This document shows, one piece after another, positions 43,323-52,529 of a stretch of 64,000 bases of DNA (positions are counted from its first letter, which is position 1; each line of letters begins with the position of its first letter). The DNA comes from a virus: positions 27,482 through 91,481 of the IMG/VR virus record IMGVR_UViG_3300027769_000918. One strand, written 5' to 3'. Below the pieces are notes generated by a model that saw only the letters and a program-made list of their open reading frames with translations, ran no database searches and had not been told where the DNA came from. The position numbers and the translations under genes are program-made.

Positions 43323-43713
43323 TTTTATTCCATTCCTCTAGTGGCACTGGCTCTATTTCTTTAATTTCAAAGAAATCTTTTTCGTCTTCATTATATATCC
43401 AATTTTTTGAATTTAAATCTAATTTATTTTTTTGCTCATGATTAATTTCAATAAAAATTGGTCCCATTTTAAGCAAATTACCAAACTTTGGGTTTGTTGT
43501 CATAATGTCTTCTACTATCATAGATGTTGGGTCTAATATGGCAAGGTGCATTCCTAGCTTAGACTGATCTGGAATAAACTCATGATCTTTTGGAACCTTA
43601 TACCCTATTTTTAAATTGTTTCTTAAATACTTATTGGCATGTGTTTTTATATATACACTAACATCTCTAAAATAGTCTTTAAGGCTTTGAATAAAGCTAA
43701 GTTTGTTATTCAT
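43315..43713 (-). CDS. hypothetical protein
   Basis: 132 aa; C-terminal half resembles 42811..43083. Confidence 0.5.
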   Translation of the reverse strand: MNNKLSFIQSLKDYFRDVSVYIKTHANKYLRNNLKIGYKVPKDHEFIPDQSKLGMHLAILDPTSMIVEDIMTTNPKFGNLLKMGPIFIEINHEQKNKLDLNSKNWIYNEDEKDFFEIKEIEPVPLEEWNKNG

Positions 43714-44940
43714 TTAATTTACCCTAAATTCATCTATTGTATATCCTTGGCTTGCATTTGAAGCTCTTGAAATTATACCATGGTCTTTTGACTTTTGTCC
43801 AGTATTTACGGCAGTTAGATTTGATCCTATCTGTGAAGAATAATTAGTATCTGAATAGGCTTGCGCTGTAACATTATTGCCATCCGTAGTAACTTTAATT
43901 CCAGCAATCTGCGAAGATGAATTGCTTGTTGAGGACATAACTGTTTCTGATCCATTTTCTTTTTTAATTAATTCTATTTTGTGCTGATCTGCACAGTTGC
44001 AATTATATGTATAAGATGAGGCACATCCACATGCTGCGCTAGGTCCATAGGAATACCCATTACAGTACTGGCACTGATTGTATGCTCCACATACTGTACA
44101 AGAAGTATATCCTGTACAAGTAAATTGCTCTGAATATCCTGAACAAACTTGGCACTGCCCATATGTGCTACATTGTTGGCAGCTACCATAAACTGCACAA
44201 TATGAGCCAGAGCACTCGCTGTAAGATGAGCATACTGTGCAAGTTCCATAGGAGAAACATAGCGTCTGTGAACAAAATTGTGGTTGACCGCAAACGACTC
44301 CGCCTTTGTATGAATTATAAACATATGCGGCACAGCAAAAATTACCATAGAATGTATAGTACTCTGTACAACAACTAGTTGTCGTATAGGCAGTGCAGCA
44401 TGTATAGTAAAATGGAACATTTACTACGCAGCACTCATAAGTTGAATAAGCTGTGCAACATGTTGTTGTTGAATATGATGAGCACACAGTAACATATCCG
44501 TATGTATTACAGCATTGTGTTTGTGTATAAGAAGCGCATCCGCAGCTTGAGTCTGATCCATATGCATATGAACTACAATAAGAACAACTATTATATTGCC
44601 CACAAGCAGAACATGTTTGACAAATATTTGTTGTATTTTTTACTACTGCCCAATAATTTCCAGAGTCTGTAATCCAAAAAGCTGGACCTACTCCAGATGC
44701 TGGATTTTTTGCTTTAATAACTGCATTTGTAGATGAAAATGTTGTTGAAATTAATGAACCAATTGCAACTGAAGTTCCTTTTCCTGCAGCAATAGTCCAG
44801 CCAGAGATAACCTGTTTCCATTTGGCAGATGTTGTTCCTGCATTTACAAGAGTCAGTCTGCTAAAATCTTCTACAAGTGAAAGCAAGGCTTTTAGTCTTG
44901 AGACGGATGCACTATGTCTTCTTCTGGGTCCTCTTGGCAT
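43714..44940 (-). CDS. fibre-tip protein with a long Cys/Tyr-rich insert
   Basis: About 40 Cys within about 210 central residues, flanked by beta-domain halves. Confidence 0.7.
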   Translation of the reverse strand: MPRGPRRRHSASVSRLKALLSLVEDFSRLTLVNAGTTSAKWKQVISGWTIAAGKGTSVAIGSLISTTFSSTNAVIKAKNPASGVGPAFWITDSGNYWAVVKNTTNICQTCSACGQYNSCSYCSSYAYGSDSSCGCASYTQTQCCNTYGYVTVCSSYSTTTCCTAYSTYECCVVNVPFYYTCCTAYTTTSCCTEYYTFYGNFCCAAYVYNSYKGGVVCGQPQFCSQTLCFSYGTCTVCSSYSECSGSYCAVYGSCQQCSTYGQCQVCSGYSEQFTCTGYTSCTVCGAYNQCQYCNGYSYGPSAACGCASSYTYNCNCADQHKIELIKKENGSETVMSSTSNSSSQIAGIKVTTDGNNVTAQAYSDTNYSSQIGSNLTAVNTGQKSKDHGIISRASNASQGYTIDEFRVN

Positions 44941-46130
44941 TATGCAGTTGTATCTCCTGTAACTAGCCAGGAATTAGCTGACCTCTTTTCAAGCATAATA
45001 GTACTCCATTGAACTCTTGATTTAAACTGAGCGTCTGTTCCATTCATGGTTACTGCCGCATCTTTTGTAATTGTAACTTGGCCTGTTCCTACTTGTCTTA
45101 CTTCAACCATTGATCCAACTGGCCAGCCAGCATCTTGTGTGTCATTTGGAATTGTAATTGTTGTAGCTACGCTACATTCTATTAGCTTATTTTTGTCTGT
45201 TGAGGAGTTAATTGTTCTTGTTAGCTGAGGCTCTGCTATATAAGAAATTAAAGCTTTTGTATTATCTGAAGTATTGTCAACATTTGCTAATCCAACATCG
45301 CCTTTAACTAATCCTGAAGGCTGATTAATAATTGGAGAGTTTAATGTTTTGTTAGTAAGCTCTTCTGTACCCGATAGAGTTACAAAATCTGCATCTGTTA
45401 TGGCAGCATTAAATTGTGCTTTAGTGCCAGTTAGAGTGTTTGAAGTTAAATCTATGGTTTTATTAGAAAGAGTATCTGTGCTTGAGGCAGTTATTTTTGT
45501 GCCTAAAGCTGTTGTTACTGTTGCGGCATATGAGGCATCGTCATTTATTGCTGCTGCTAATTCGTTTAATGTGTTTAAAGCGTCAGGTGCTGTATCAACA
45601 AGATTTGATATTGCTGTGCTAATTGCGGTATTTCTATTTGTTACTTCGGCGCTTATAGCTGATGAGATTTCTGTATCTCTTGCAATTGAAGCAGGTATTT
45701 GTGACTCTGGAACAAAACCATCTGAGTCTAGTTCTGCCACTCCATCAACCTGTCCCAATAAACTTAATGGAATATAAGTTGTTGCAGATGTACTGCTTAG
45801 TCCAGATACGGCGGTATCTACGTATGTCTTGTTAGCAATAGTATTGTCAACAGCTATTGTTAATGTATTTGCAGAATCATTATAGCTTTTTGTAATTCCT
45901 GTTCCTGCAGTAATTGCTTCTTCTACAAAATCTTGAGCAAGCTCTTTTAGTTCACTTGGGATAACATTTAAATAAGGCAGCACATTCCATCTAGAGGTTT
46001 CATTTGAAGCAATTCCAACCTTAAACCTATTTACTGTTATATCAAAGCCAAATTCTCCAACTTGTAATATTGGATTATTGGTTGACCAGTTAGTAGAGGT
46101 GTCTCTTCTTACTTGTAATCTAATTGCCAT
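44940..46130 (-). CDS. fibre protein with an Mtd-N / hyaluronidase-like N-terminus
   Basis: 'QVRRDTSTNWSTNNPILQVGEFG...FKVG...WNVLPY'; 'LNTLNELAAAINDD'; C-terminal 'WLVTGD'. Confidence 0.75.
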   Translation of the reverse strand: MAIRLQVRRDTSTNWSTNNPILQVGEFGFDITVNRFKVGIASNETSRWNVLPYLNVIPSELKELAQDFVEEAITAGTGITKSYNDSANTLTIAVDNTIANKTYVDTAVSGLSSTSATTYIPLSLLGQVDGVAELDSDGFVPESQIPASIARDTEISSAISAEVTNRNTAISTAISNLVDTAPDALNTLNELAAAINDDASYAATVTTALGTKITASSTDTLSNKTIDLTSNTLTGTKAQFNAAITDADFVTLSGTEELTNKTLNSPIINQPSGLVKGDVGLANVDNTSDNTKALISYIAEPQLTRTINSSTDKNKLIECSVATTITIPNDTQDAGWPVGSMVEVRQVGTGQVTITKDAAVTMNGTDAQFKSRVQWSTIMLEKRSANSWLVTGDTTA

Positions 46131-46187
46131 GATGTCTCCTAGTGTAAGGTATATATAGATTATACCCTAGTCTTGTCTATTAAAAGG

Positions 46188-46538
46188 TTATTGTTGAAAT
46201 AGGTGTTCGTCGTAAATAGTAGCTTCTGATATGCTAGCTGGTGGTTCATATTCACCGCTTTCATTCTTTGTCCACATTGGCTTTACTTCTGAACTAATAA
46301 TATCTCCCGTAACGTCTGATGAAAATACTGTTGAATTTATTCTAAGGACTTTATTTCCCAGCATTTCTTCTACAAAATATACAAGGGACGCTTCTTCCCA
46401 TTGACCGTCAACATATTTTTTTGCCATTAACGTTTCTGGGTCAACAGAGTCTTCTACTGGAATAGAATTTGCAACAAAATTTGATGAATTTACATATGCA
46501 AAAGCTACCCCGTCTTTTAGTTGTATCCAATTAGTCAT
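46188..46538 (-). CDS. small fibre-associated protein
   Basis: 116 aa at the end of the four-paralogue cassette. Confidence 0.5.
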   Translation of the reverse strand: MTNWIQLKDGVAFAYVNSSNFVANSIPVEDSVDPETLMAKKYVDGQWEEASLVYFVEEMLGNKVLRINSTVFSSDVTGDIISSEVKPMWTKNESGEYEPPASISEATIYDEHLFQQ

Positions 46539-46550
46539 TTTTTTCTCCTT

Positions 46551-46928
46551 TTAGTAATATTCTACTACTTGCCATCGACAAGCACCTGTTGCTGTCAATG
46601 TTGTTGAATTTGTCAAACTTACTCCATACTCTGCTGATGTTAAAGAGGTAGATCCACCAGAGAGACTTCGTGTTCCTATAAAATTTGGAAAAGAACCCCC
46701 GCCCATTGCTCCATTAGCTGCTGTAGCTACAGAGCCCCCTGAAGGCGTTAATGTACCACTTTCTGAACTATTTGTTGCTACGGTTCCAGCTGATCCTGTT
46801 GAAAATGATGTAACAAAAGACTTTAAAGTGTTTACAGATGAAATTGTTATTGCTCCTGATGAAGCTGTTGTGCCACGCTGAATAGATTTAATTGCTGAAG
46901 AAACTGTTGGGTAAGATTTAATTGTCAT
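46551..46928 (-). CDS. 'IKSIQRG' family protein, paralogue 4
   Basis: Conserved IKSIQRG ... GACRWQVVEY. Confidence 0.7.
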   Translation of the reverse strand: MTIKSYPTVSSAIKSIQRGTTASSGAITISSVNTLKSFVTSFSTGSAGTVATNSSESGTLTPSGGSVATAANGAMGGGSFPNFIGTRSLSGGSTSLTSAEYGVSLTNSTTLTATGACRWQVVEYY

Positions 46929-47314
46929 TATGAATACTCAACTACTTCCCACCGACAGGCTCCAGTAACCGATATTGTTGTAGAGTTAACTATATATGCA
47001 CCGTACTCTTGAGTTGTAACAGATGTACTTCCTCCACTAAATGATCTTGTTCCAGAATAGTTTGCAAATGTTCCTCCTCCAGCAACTGCTCCACCACCAC
47101 CACCTGGACCAACAACGCTTCCTCCAGACGGGCTTAAAGTGCCAGACTCATTTCCTGTAATCTGAGCGGACCCAGCGGATGAGGTTGAAAATGATCTAAT
47201 AAAAGATTTATTAATATCTATAGATGTAATTGTTATATTGCCTGCGCTAGCGGACGAACCTCTTTGAATAGATTTAATTACGGAAATAGTTTCTGGAAAT
47301 AAAGATGTTGCCAT
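46928..47314 (-). CDS. 'IKSIQRG' family protein, paralogue 3
   Basis: Start MATSLFP at the TAATG overlap. Confidence 0.7.
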   Translation of the reverse strand: MATSLFPETISVIKSIQRGSSASAGNITITSIDINKSFIRSFSTSSAGSAQITGNESGTLSPSGGSVVGPGGGGGAVAGGGTFANYSGTRSFSGGSTSVTTQEYGAYIVNSTTISVTGACRWEVVEYS

Positions 47315-47691
47315 TATAAATACTCCACAACTTGCCAAATACAAGCCCCTGTTACAGTTATTGTTGTTGAGTTTACTAGATACGCACCATATTTAGCAAC
47401 TGCTAAAGATGTTGTACCTCCAGAAAGACTTCGTGTTCCAGAATAAGTTGGAAAAGATCCAGACTGATTCCAATTTCCGCCTGGTGCTCCTACTGCTCCT
47501 CCGCTTGGAGTATATGTTCCACTTGTATTAGCTGACCCAGCAACTGTTCCTGCTGCACCGTTTGAAAAAGATGTAGCAAATGCTTTATTTATATTAACTG
47601 ATGAAATAGTAATATTTCCTGCAGATGCGGCGGTTCCTCTTTGAATGGATTTGATTGGTGAAGAAACTGATGGATATATTCTAGATCCCAT
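47314..47691 (-). CDS. 'IKSIQRG' family protein, paralogue 2
   Basis: Start MGSRIYP at the TAATG overlap. Confidence 0.7.
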   Translation of the reverse strand: MGSRIYPSVSSPIKSIQRGTAASAGNITISSVNINKAFATSFSNGAAGTVAGSANTSGTYTPSGGAVGAPGGNWNQSGSFPTYSGTRSLSGGTTSLAVAKYGAYLVNSTTITVTGACIWQVVEYL

Positions 47692-48071
47692 TATGCATAC
47701 TCCACAACTTCCCACCGACATGCTCCAGTTAAAGTTATTGTGGTGGAGTTTAATAGAAATGCTCCGTAAGCAGAAGAGACTAAAGAAGTTGTGCCGCCGC
47801 TAAATCCTCTGGTGCCAACTAAATTTGGCCAGCTTCCGCTTCCTGGATTAAAAGATTGAGAGTATTGACCAAAATTACCACCTTGCGGAGTATATGTGCC
47901 AGATGTGTTGCTGTTAGTTGCAATTGAACCTGCTGATCCAGTTGAAAATGAATTTATAAATGATTTAGATATATCAATTTGCGATATAGTTACGTTTCCA
48001 GCAGAGGCAGATGAGCCTCTTTGAACGGATTTAATAATTGAAGCTGTTGCTGGAAATGTGCTATATGCCAT
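47691..48071 (-). CDS. 'IKSIQRG' family protein, paralogue 1
   Basis: IKSVQRG ... GACRWEVVEY. Confidence 0.7.
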   Translation of the reverse strand: MAYSTFPATASIIKSVQRGSSASAGNVTISQIDISKSFINSFSTGSAGSIATNSNTSGTYTPQGGNFGQYSQSFNPGSGSWPNLVGTRGFSGGTTSLVSSAYGAFLLNSTTITLTGACRWEVVEYA

Positions 48072-48072
48072 A

Positions 48073-48402
48073 TTAAGATATTTCGACTCCGCTTAAATGT
48101 GCGGTTAACGCTGAGTTAGCGGATGCCCATCCTATTACTGTTTGTGTGCCAGAGCCACCAAGAACTTGCTTGAGGTCAAATGATGCAATGCTATTTGCGG
48201 GAACAGATACCGATGTGGCAAATGCTACCTGTGTGCCAGATCCATCTGGAAGTGTTAAATTAAATGATGCTGCAGCGCCAGAAATATTACTTATAATAAT
48301 GTTTGTAAGAACTGTTGTTGTTGCAGAAGGCACTGTATATAAAACAGTTGTATTTGTAGTATTTAATGTTGTTCTTGCTAGTAACTTTGATATTGTTGCC
48401 AT
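48073..48402 (-). CDS. small beta-sandwich adaptor ('xTVP' family)
   Basis: 'LYTVPSATTTVLTNIIISN...FDLKQVL...HLSGVEI'. Confidence 0.6.
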   Translation of the reverse strand: MATISKLLARTTLNTTNTTVLYTVPSATTTVLTNIIISNISGAAASFNLTLPDGSGTQVAFATSVSVPANSIASFDLKQVLGGSGTQTVIGWASANSALTAHLSGVEIS

Positions 48403-48451
48403 ATTTTTTCTCCTATTAGTTAGAGATAATATTTTTTAATATTATATCTTT

Positions 48452-49642
48452 TTACCATGCTTCCATGATATTCATTAGATTTGGTCCTTCTACATCTAAA
48501 GCTGACCACGACGCAGAAGTTCCATTAGTTTTTAAATATTTACCCTCATTGCCTGTTTGAGTAGGTAAAGCGTCTACTGTAGCCCAGGATTCTACTGTGC
48601 CATCTGTAGTTAAAAATTTACCGCTATTTAGTGTTTGAGTTGGCAAAGTATATTGTGCAACTGTAGCCCAAGACTTAGAAGATCCATCTGTGGTTAAAAA
48701 TTTACCAGAATTTCCAGTTTGCGAAGGAAGAGATGGCTCTTTAGTTCCTAATGCTGTAGTAATTGTTGAAGCAAATGAAGCATCGTCATTAATTGCAGCT
48801 GCTAGTTCATTTAATGTGTTTAGTGTTTCTGGGGCGGCGTCTAATATGTTTGAAACTGCTGTTGCTACATAAGATTCTGTTGCAAAATCTCCATCTGTTA
48901 ATGCGGCATTAAATTCAGCCAAGGTCCCGCTGAGTGTGTTTCCTCCTACTGTTATATTGAATCTTGTTCCGCCTGCATTTGTTACTAAACCAGACACATA
49001 TCCAATTCCAGAGTTTGCTATTGATATTACACCGAGTGAGCTAATATTTATTCTTCCGCCTCTATCTAGACCTGCTTGATAGATTGGTATATTGTTTTGT
49101 CCAGCCAAGCCTTCTATGTTATCTACTCCATAAATTGATGTAATGCCTGTTCCAAGGCCAATTGTTTTGTTTGTTAAAGTTTGAGCAACTGTATTTCTTG
49201 TAACTTCTGGTGGAATTTGAGAATCTGGAATTAAAGCATTTGAATCAAGTTCTGCAACACCATCTATTTGCCCCATTAAACTTAAAGGGATATAAACCTG
49301 AGTGCTTGCACTTTGCAATCCTGATATTGCTGTGTCAACATATGTTTTATCTGCAATATCACTGTTAACAGCAATAGTAATTGTATTTGCTGTATCGTTA
49401 TAAGTTTTAGTAATACCTGTACCCGCCGTAATTGCTAAATCTACTGCGTCTTGAGCAAGCTCAGTTAGTTCAGATGGTAGGACATTTATAAATGGAAGCG
49501 CTGGCCATAGGGAAGAGCCATTTCCAACTTTAATTTTATTTAAAGTTTTATCAATTCCAATTTCACCATCTTTTAATATGTAGGTAGCAGAAGCCCATTG
49601 AGTAGAAGTTCCTCTTTTATGCTTGACTATACTGGTTGTCAT
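48452..49642 (-). CDS. fibre protein with an Mtd-N-like N-terminus
   Basis: 'KRGTSTQW...ILKDGEIG...KVGNG..W..LPF'; three 'LPxQTGNxGKFLTTDG..SW' repeats. Confidence 0.75.
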   Translation of the reverse strand: MTTSIVKHKRGTSTQWASATYILKDGEIGIDKTLNKIKVGNGSSLWPALPFINVLPSELTELAQDAVDLAITAGTGITKTYNDTANTITIAVNSDIADKTYVDTAISGLQSASTQVYIPLSLMGQIDGVAELDSNALIPDSQIPPEVTRNTVAQTLTNKTIGLGTGITSIYGVDNIEGLAGQNNIPIYQAGLDRGGRINISSLGVISIANSGIGYVSGLVTNAGGTRFNITVGGNTLSGTLAEFNAALTDGDFATESYVATAVSNILDAAPETLNTLNELAAAINDDASFASTITTALGTKEPSLPSQTGNSGKFLTTDGSSKSWATVAQYTLPTQTLNSGKFLTTDGTVESWATVDALPTQTGNEGKYLKTNGTSASWSALDVEGPNLMNIMEAW

Positions 49643-49944
49643 AGTGCACCTGCATCAATATCTTTTGTCTCATCATATTGAGATTGTGAAGTTCCGCCGT
49701 CAAATATAGTTAAGGTTGGGTTATAATTACCTGCATACACAGTATGAATATCTCCATCGTATGTGTGTATATGATTTTCTAATAAGTATTGTGGTCCGCT
49801 TGAACCAACTGCAATCCATGCCGCTCCAGAATAAACTCTGAGTTCTTCGGCTACTGTATTATAATATATATCTCCAACTCTACCTACTGCTGGATCTGAT
49901 GATAATTCTGCGGCATTAAGGGGAACTAATCTTTTTACAGACAT
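49639..49944 (-). CDS. small fibre-associated protein
   Basis: 'GDIYYNT....RVYSG..W' motif. Confidence 0.55.
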   Translation of the reverse strand: MSVKRLVPLNAAELSSDPAVGRVGDIYYNTVAEELRVYSGAAWIAVGSSGPQYLLENHIHTYDGDIHTVYAGNYNPTLTIFDGGTSQSQYDETKDIDAGAL

Positions 49945-49954
49945 TTAAATCTCC

Positions 49955-51346
49955 TTAACCAGTAATTACGACTCTATATGCTCCACTTGCTGGTGCTGTT
50001 GCAAATCTTAATGTAATAGTATTTAATCCTGTACGCTCTACATCTGTTTCAACTAAAGCTTTTGCTCCAGATGTCTCAAACACGTTAACTGTTACATCTT
50101 CTGTTCCTAAATTGTGAGTTACAATTAAAGCAACTAATGAATCAGGGTTAGCAAGATCTGCTGCATACTTTCTTGTAATTGCATGATAGTTAGCGCCATC
50201 ATTTGTTAATGTCCACTTGTCAGATGTTTCATTCCAAAGAATTTCAACGTCTGCCGAATCTCCACGCTCTACACGAATTCCAGCATCTGTGGTTGGAGCT
50301 CCAGTAAAGTCGGTATTAAGATTAATCTTATTATCAACAATGTTTACCTGTGTAGTATTAACTGAGTTAATTGTTCCAGTTACATTAAGGTTTCCGCCAA
50401 CATTTAAGTTGTTGGTAATTGTTACATCATCTGGCAAACCAATTGTTACAGAGCTACCTTCTCCTGATGTAGGAGATACGGTTACTTCATTTGCTGTCCC
50501 TTGAATATTAGCAACATAATCACCAGTTGTCTGTGTTCCAAGGTTTACATTCTTAACACTTACTGCACCGTCTGTTACGGTAAAATCTGCTGTTGCAAAA
50601 GAAGCAACACCACGATTTGTAGTTGTTGCAATTTCTGCATCTACTGTTAAAGTTCCTGCTGTATCATCGTATGTTACATCAATGCCTTCGCCTGCAACAA
50701 TTTGTGAAGATACAATATCTTGTACACGCTCAGCATTTAATGTTACTGCGCCTTGTGTTACTGTAAAGTCTGTGGCATCAAAACTTGCAACACCTTTATT
50801 TGTAGAAGTTGCATCTTCTGCTGATACTGTAATTGTGTTATCTGTTACAAGAACATCAATTCCTTCTCCGCCATTAACCTCTAATGTTTCTGTTAATAAA
50901 TTTATTGAAGTTGAATCTGCACCATCGCCTGATACTGTTAATGTTGTTGCAACATCTACTGTGCCAGCTGCTGTCAAACGACCTTGTGCATCTACTGTAA
51001 AAGTAGGAATTTGTGTTTGTGATCCATATGAACCAGCTGTTACTGCTGTGTTATCAAGATCAATTGTTACTGTTCCAGCGGAATCGCTGTATGTTGATGT
51101 TAAACCAACTCCGCCGACGATTGCGCTACCAAGTATGTCTTGAATAACTTCTTGGGAGCCAGACATTGGCATCCATGGACCGTTAGGAGAGGCAAGTCCA
51201 TTGTAGTAGTACATTGTATTATTTGATGAGTCATAATAAATCTGACCTAGTACTGGGCTTGATGGTGCTGAAGCTAAATTCTGAATTCTTGCATTGAGCA
51301 ACTCATTCTTGTTGAGGTCAATGTTGGTTACAAATAATCTTGCCAT
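49955..51346 (-). CDS. fibre / appendage protein
   Basis: 'GQIYYD', 'VTAGSYGS..QIPTFTVDAQGRLTAA', C-terminal 'THNLGT...YRVVITG'. Confidence 0.7.
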   Translation of the reverse strand: MARLFVTNIDLNKNELLNARIQNLASAPSSPVLGQIYYDSSNNTMYYYNGLASPNGPWMPMSGSQEVIQDILGSAIVGGVGLTSTYSDSAGTVTIDLDNTAVTAGSYGSQTQIPTFTVDAQGRLTAAGTVDVATTLTVSGDGADSTSINLLTETLEVNGGEGIDVLVTDNTITVSAEDATSTNKGVASFDATDFTVTQGAVTLNAERVQDIVSSQIVAGEGIDVTYDDTAGTLTVDAEIATTTNRGVASFATADFTVTDGAVSVKNVNLGTQTTGDYVANIQGTANEVTVSPTSGEGSSVTIGLPDDVTITNNLNVGGNLNVTGTINSVNTTQVNIVDNKINLNTDFTGAPTTDAGIRVERGDSADVEILWNETSDKWTLTNDGANYHAITRKYAADLANPDSLVALIVTHNLGTEDVTVNVFETSGAKALVETDVERTGLNTITLRFATAPASGAYRVVITG

Positions 51347-51359
51347 GTTTTACTCTCCT

Positions 51360-51803
51360 TTAGGACAGGTACGCTGTCCCTGAAAATGGTTGTGCCATCG
51401 TCAGTGTTATTTGGTTAATACTATTATAGTCTATTCCCGTTTCTAATATGTCGCCTGCGCTGTTTTTGATAGTAACGTTTGGGTTGTATCCTAGATTATG
51501 GGTTATTTGAAGCGAATACACTCCTCCGACTGGTCCTGTGATTTGATTAATGTTCCATGGGTAGGTTAGAGTTCCAGTACTTAGTAGATAATTTGGAGAA
51601 CCTTCCCAGGTAAGATCGTTTGTCTTTGGTCCATAAAATCTTGTTGTTACCTTATCGTAATAAAAATCGCCTTCAAGTCCTATATTATTAGATGGGGCAC
51701 CATTTCCATTTAGAATGGTTTTTCCTCTAGGGCCTTGGGGGCCAGATGTTGAAATGACTACATCATTTTTGATCTCTGTTACTATTACTCTTTCTACGCT
51801 CAT
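51360..51803 (-). CDS. short collagen-motif virion protein
   Basis: 'GPQGPRG..ILNGNGAP....G..GDFY', C-terminal 'THNLG...FSGTAYL'. Confidence 0.6.
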   Translation of the reverse strand: MSVERVIVTEIKNDVVISTSGPQGPRGKTILNGNGAPSNNIGLEGDFYYDKVTTRFYGPKTNDLTWEGSPNYLLSTGTLTYPWNINQITGPVGGVYSLQITHNLGYNPNVTIKNSAGDILETGIDYNSINQITLTMAQPFSGTAYLS

Positions 51804-52147
51804 ATTGTCACCGACCTACTTAGAGTTATATAGCCTTCAAGAAGCTTTGTTCTATTTCCATTTGAATCTGTTACCATAATGTCGTAAGAAGATTTTGGAT
51901 AAAAAAGACTATTTGTTTGCGCTGCGTTCATGGTTATTGTTAGTTTGCCTGCTGGCTGATCTATAACTATTCCGCTAGTTGGTGAAGATAGGGTAAATGC
52001 TAATTTGGATCCGCCTTTTGTATCACGAACTTGCATTTTGGCTGAAGCAGAAGTTAGCGCAATTGGAAGTCCACTATCGTCTTTATATTCGACAATAAAT
52101 GAAAATGTAGTGTTTTGGTCAATTTCAAAATTTTTCTGCGCTGACAT
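51800..52147 (-). CDS. BppU-N-like baseplate / appendage attachment protein
   Basis: 'IDQNTTF...AKMQVR...YDI......KLLEGYIT'. Confidence 0.55.
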   Translation of the reverse strand: MSAQKNFEIDQNTTFSFIVEYKDDSGLPIALTSASAKMQVRDTKGGSKLAFTLSSPTSGIVIDQPAGKLTITMNAAQTNSLFYPKSSYDIMVTDSNGNRTKLLEGYITLSRSVTI

Positions 52148-52218
52148 AATATCTCCTAAAATAGGAAAACTCCTGTACTTATTTTAGCACAGGAGCGTCC
52201 CTAATTCGTTATTAAATT

Positions 52219-52458
52219 TTACTTTGGAGCCTTAAAACCAAACTCTTGGTTGCTTGGGCTTAGAGCCTTAAGGATTACTGGTGCAACTGCTGCTACTCCA
52301 CCTAGAAGAAGGTCTCTTGGGTTTGTATTGCCAGTCATGTACAAAGCGATTGCTGCTGAAAGAAATGCACGAGCATATGTTCCAAGAGCTGCTAAGATCT
52401 GTTCTGTCATTGTTACCTTTCCATCTTTGTTTAAATCCAACTTGTTGAATTTAGCCAT
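52219..52458 (-). CDS. putative holin
   Basis: 79 aa with two hydrophobic segments and 'LKALSP...FG' C-terminus. Confidence 0.55.
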   Translation of the reverse strand: MAKFNKLDLNKDGKVTMTEQILAALGTYARAFLSAAIALYMTGNTNPRDLLLGGVAAVAPVILKALSPSNQEFGFKAPK

Positions 52459-52529
52459 TTTATCATCTCCATTTTGGGCGGTGTGCCCAGAATTTTGGGG
52501 AATATCCCCAATACTATAATTCTACCATA

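Noticed and set aside
44940-49642. Diversity-generating retroelement, suggested by Mtd-N-like domains and repeated DNA between fibre genes
   Set aside because: No reverse transcriptase in the window. The repeated segments (for example about 45540-45590 versus 48780-48840) differ mostly at synonymous positions, not specifically at adenines.
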